Shown one piece after another: positions 61,541 to 64,000 of a stretch of DNA of 64,000 bases. The notes under the pieces are model-generated. The model was not told the origin of the DNA. It was given only the letters and a program-made list of their open reading frames with translations, and searched no databases. The translations under genes were made by a program, and so were the position numbers. This stretch comes from Eledone cirrhosa (taxonomy: Eukaryota): contig OZ024751.1 of assembly GCA_964016885.1 (NCBI GenBank), positions 18,166,001 through 18,230,000 on the forward strand, given 5' to 3'. Each line of letters starts with the position of its first letter. The first letter of the stretch is position 1.

Positions 61541-62386
61541 ATTAATCACTATATTTATTCTTATTCTATGTTTTTATTTTGTTGCATTATCGTGTGAAAC
61601 TGTGTCCCTTGGGTATGTGGAGTGTTTTCTTTTCCTATTGCTGTTTCTATTAAACCATCATTAATAGAATCTACTAATATATATACAGTGACTAGTGTTT
61701 TTATTCTGTATCTTATGTATATTTGTTAATAAATTGGTTTTCTTTATGTATTTGTCAGCATTTTATTTTCAAATACTTCCCAAGATAAACATTATAAGAT
61801 TGTATTTTTTCTCTCACCTTTCACATTCTGGTTATCTCTATTTCTAGATCTTTATATTCAGATGATTTCCCAATTCGAGAGATACATTATAGTCTGCTGG
61901 GACTATATGTATGTGCCTATACACATCGGTGGTATTTACAATCTTCGTGTGTTATCTTTCACAAAATTTATCGAGCCAACCATCCATTTTTTTTTCTGTG
62001 AGGCTTTTAATATCGAAGAATATGGCCGCTTTGCCAACCTTACTTCGATTTATTTTAGTAGGTCAAGTTTAACTGTGCCCGAGTTTATATACGCTATAAA
62101 TTGCTATAAACTGCTAATTTCTCCATGGTCTGAAGATAAGTATTTTTCACTGGTAAAGGTTTAATTAGAATCGAAACCAATCACATCGATCTTGGTTTTT
62201 CTGTTCACTAACCAATAAAACGTGTCGTTTAACCGCGCAGTTTACGTTTCAAAGCGAGGACAAAAACTATATTTATTACAAATTTAGTTTACATTTTAAC
62301 CTATCTTATAAATACTGTACAGGGCATTATAGATTAATGAAATAATTAATCCATGTTGTCAGTGGATACACACTTGTCCCTTTTAA

Positions 62387-62426
<40 letters not shown>

Positions 62427-63042
62427 TATATATATATATGAATGATTCAGGGAATTACTGGTGTTGGTACTAAAGCAAGCATTCTATACACAGGTAGAGT
62501 GTATATATTAGAAAAATACGAGTAAGTTTCGTTTACATGTATAAGATATTTATCGTGTATCGATCTATTACGTGCGTTTCGCGTAGACAGAGAGAGTGTG
62601 CGTATATATCCCTTTAGTTATTATTCTCTAAGTGGTACATACTATAATAAAATCTGTCTTATTCATCGATCCATTTTCTCACTCTATTTTATACAGAATA
62701 CCTTGGTTTAAGTTTCTAGCTATTACTGCACACACTGCAAAAGCTTCCAGTCATTACGGAACATACTATGTAAAACTTTCATCCTCTTGAATTTATACAA
62801 AAAACTGTGGTTTGTTCTTTTGTCTATTAACTAGGGTATACCTGTTATGAATGTCTTCATATTTTACGTAACATATATGGAGAGGGGATGGGCTCGGCCA
62901 GGTCTAACATTTTCAAAAGAATTCATAAGTAATTACGGGTACATATATACTGTTGTGCGTGAGTACGACGCCCCCCCCCTCCCCTGGCGAAAATGGGCTG
63001 GACCGCTACATATAAATAGTAGCGGCCTGAGTAAATTGGTAA

Positions 63043-64000
63043 GTTGGTACTAGTTCCACAGTTCGTGTGTTGATAGTCAAAGTTGGTACTAGTTCCACAG
63101 TTCGTGTGTTGATAGTCAAAGTTGGTACTAGTTCCACAGTTCGTGTGTTGATAGTCAAAGTTGGTACTAGTTCCACAGTTCGTGTGTTGATAGTCAAAGT
63201 TGGTACTAGTTCCGCAGTTCGTGTGTTGATAGTCAAAGTTGGTACTAGTTCCACAGCCGTGTGTTGATAGTCGACGTTGGTACTAGTTCCACAGTCCGTG
63301 TGTTGATAGTCAAAGTTGGTACTAGTTCCACAGTTCGTGTGTTGATAGTCGAAGTTGGTACTAGTTCCACAGTTCGTGTGTTGATAGTCGAAGTTGGTAC
63401 TAGTTCCACAGTTCGTGTGTTGATAGTCAAAGTTGGTACTAGTTCCACAGTTCGTGTGTTGATAGTCGAAGTTGGTACTAGTTCCACAGTCCGTGTGTTG
63501 ATAGTCGACGTTGGTACTACTAGTTCCACAGTTCGTATGTTGATAGTCAAAGTTGGTACTACTAGTTCCACAGTTCGTATGTTGATAGTGAAAGTTGGTA
63601 CTAGTTCCACAGTTCGTGTGTTGATAGTCAAAGTTGGTACTAGTTCCACAGTTCGTGTGTTGATAGTCGAAGTTGGCACTAGTTCCACAGTCCGTGTGTT
63701 GATAGTCGACGTTGGTACTACTAGTTCCACAGTTCGTATGTTGATAGTCAAAGTTGGTACTACTAGTTCCACAGTTCGTATGTTGATAGTCAAAGTTGGT
63801 ACTAGTTCCACAGTTCGTATGTTGATAGTCAAAGTTGGTACTAGTTCCACAGTTCGTATGTTGATAGTCAAAGTTGGTACTAGTTCCGCAGTTCGTATGT
63901 TGATAGTCAAAGTTGGTACTACTAGTTCCACAGTTCGTATGTTGATAGTCAAAGTTGGTACTAGTTCCACAGTTCGTGTGTTGATAGTCGACGTTGGTAC
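63043..64000. repeat. 39/42-bp minisatellite (~24 units, runs off the window)
   Basis: gttggtactagttccacagttcgtgtgttgatagtcaaa with +cta variants. Confidence 0.95.

Noticed and set aside
62565-62625. GAAAC-GCAC-GUA hammerhead 3' half on the - strand
   Set aside because: No CUGANGA core or stem I partner found, and single copy in the window

Overview
Eukaryotic, very AT-rich, repeat-saturated window with no confidently identifiable host exon, so most likely intronic or intergenic. The SINE families and microsatellite load resemble an octopod cephalopod genome (my recollection, not a database result). Almost all ORFs in the track are translations of microsatellites. The only real protein-coding stretch is a 5'-truncated RTE-like LINE reverse transcriptase (42863-44008) with an 11-bp TSD. 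The window also holds about 20 copies or fragments of a tRNA-derived SINE, two CORE-type SINEs, a Tc1/mariner-type MITE, a TSD-flanked 559-bp non-coding retroelement and several minisatellites, three of which arose inside transposons. The most interesting signal is about 20 short (100-530 bp) non-coding elements of at least six unrelated sequence families embedded in (TA)n tracts. Many have a long-arm/short-arm palindromic architecture and carry type I hammerhead ribozyme motifs: complete CUGAUGA...GAAA cores, a U3-A8 compensatory variant, or 3' halves. This fits Penelope-like element pseudo-LTR remnants or small non-autonomous retrozyme-like elements. All folds were assigned by eye.
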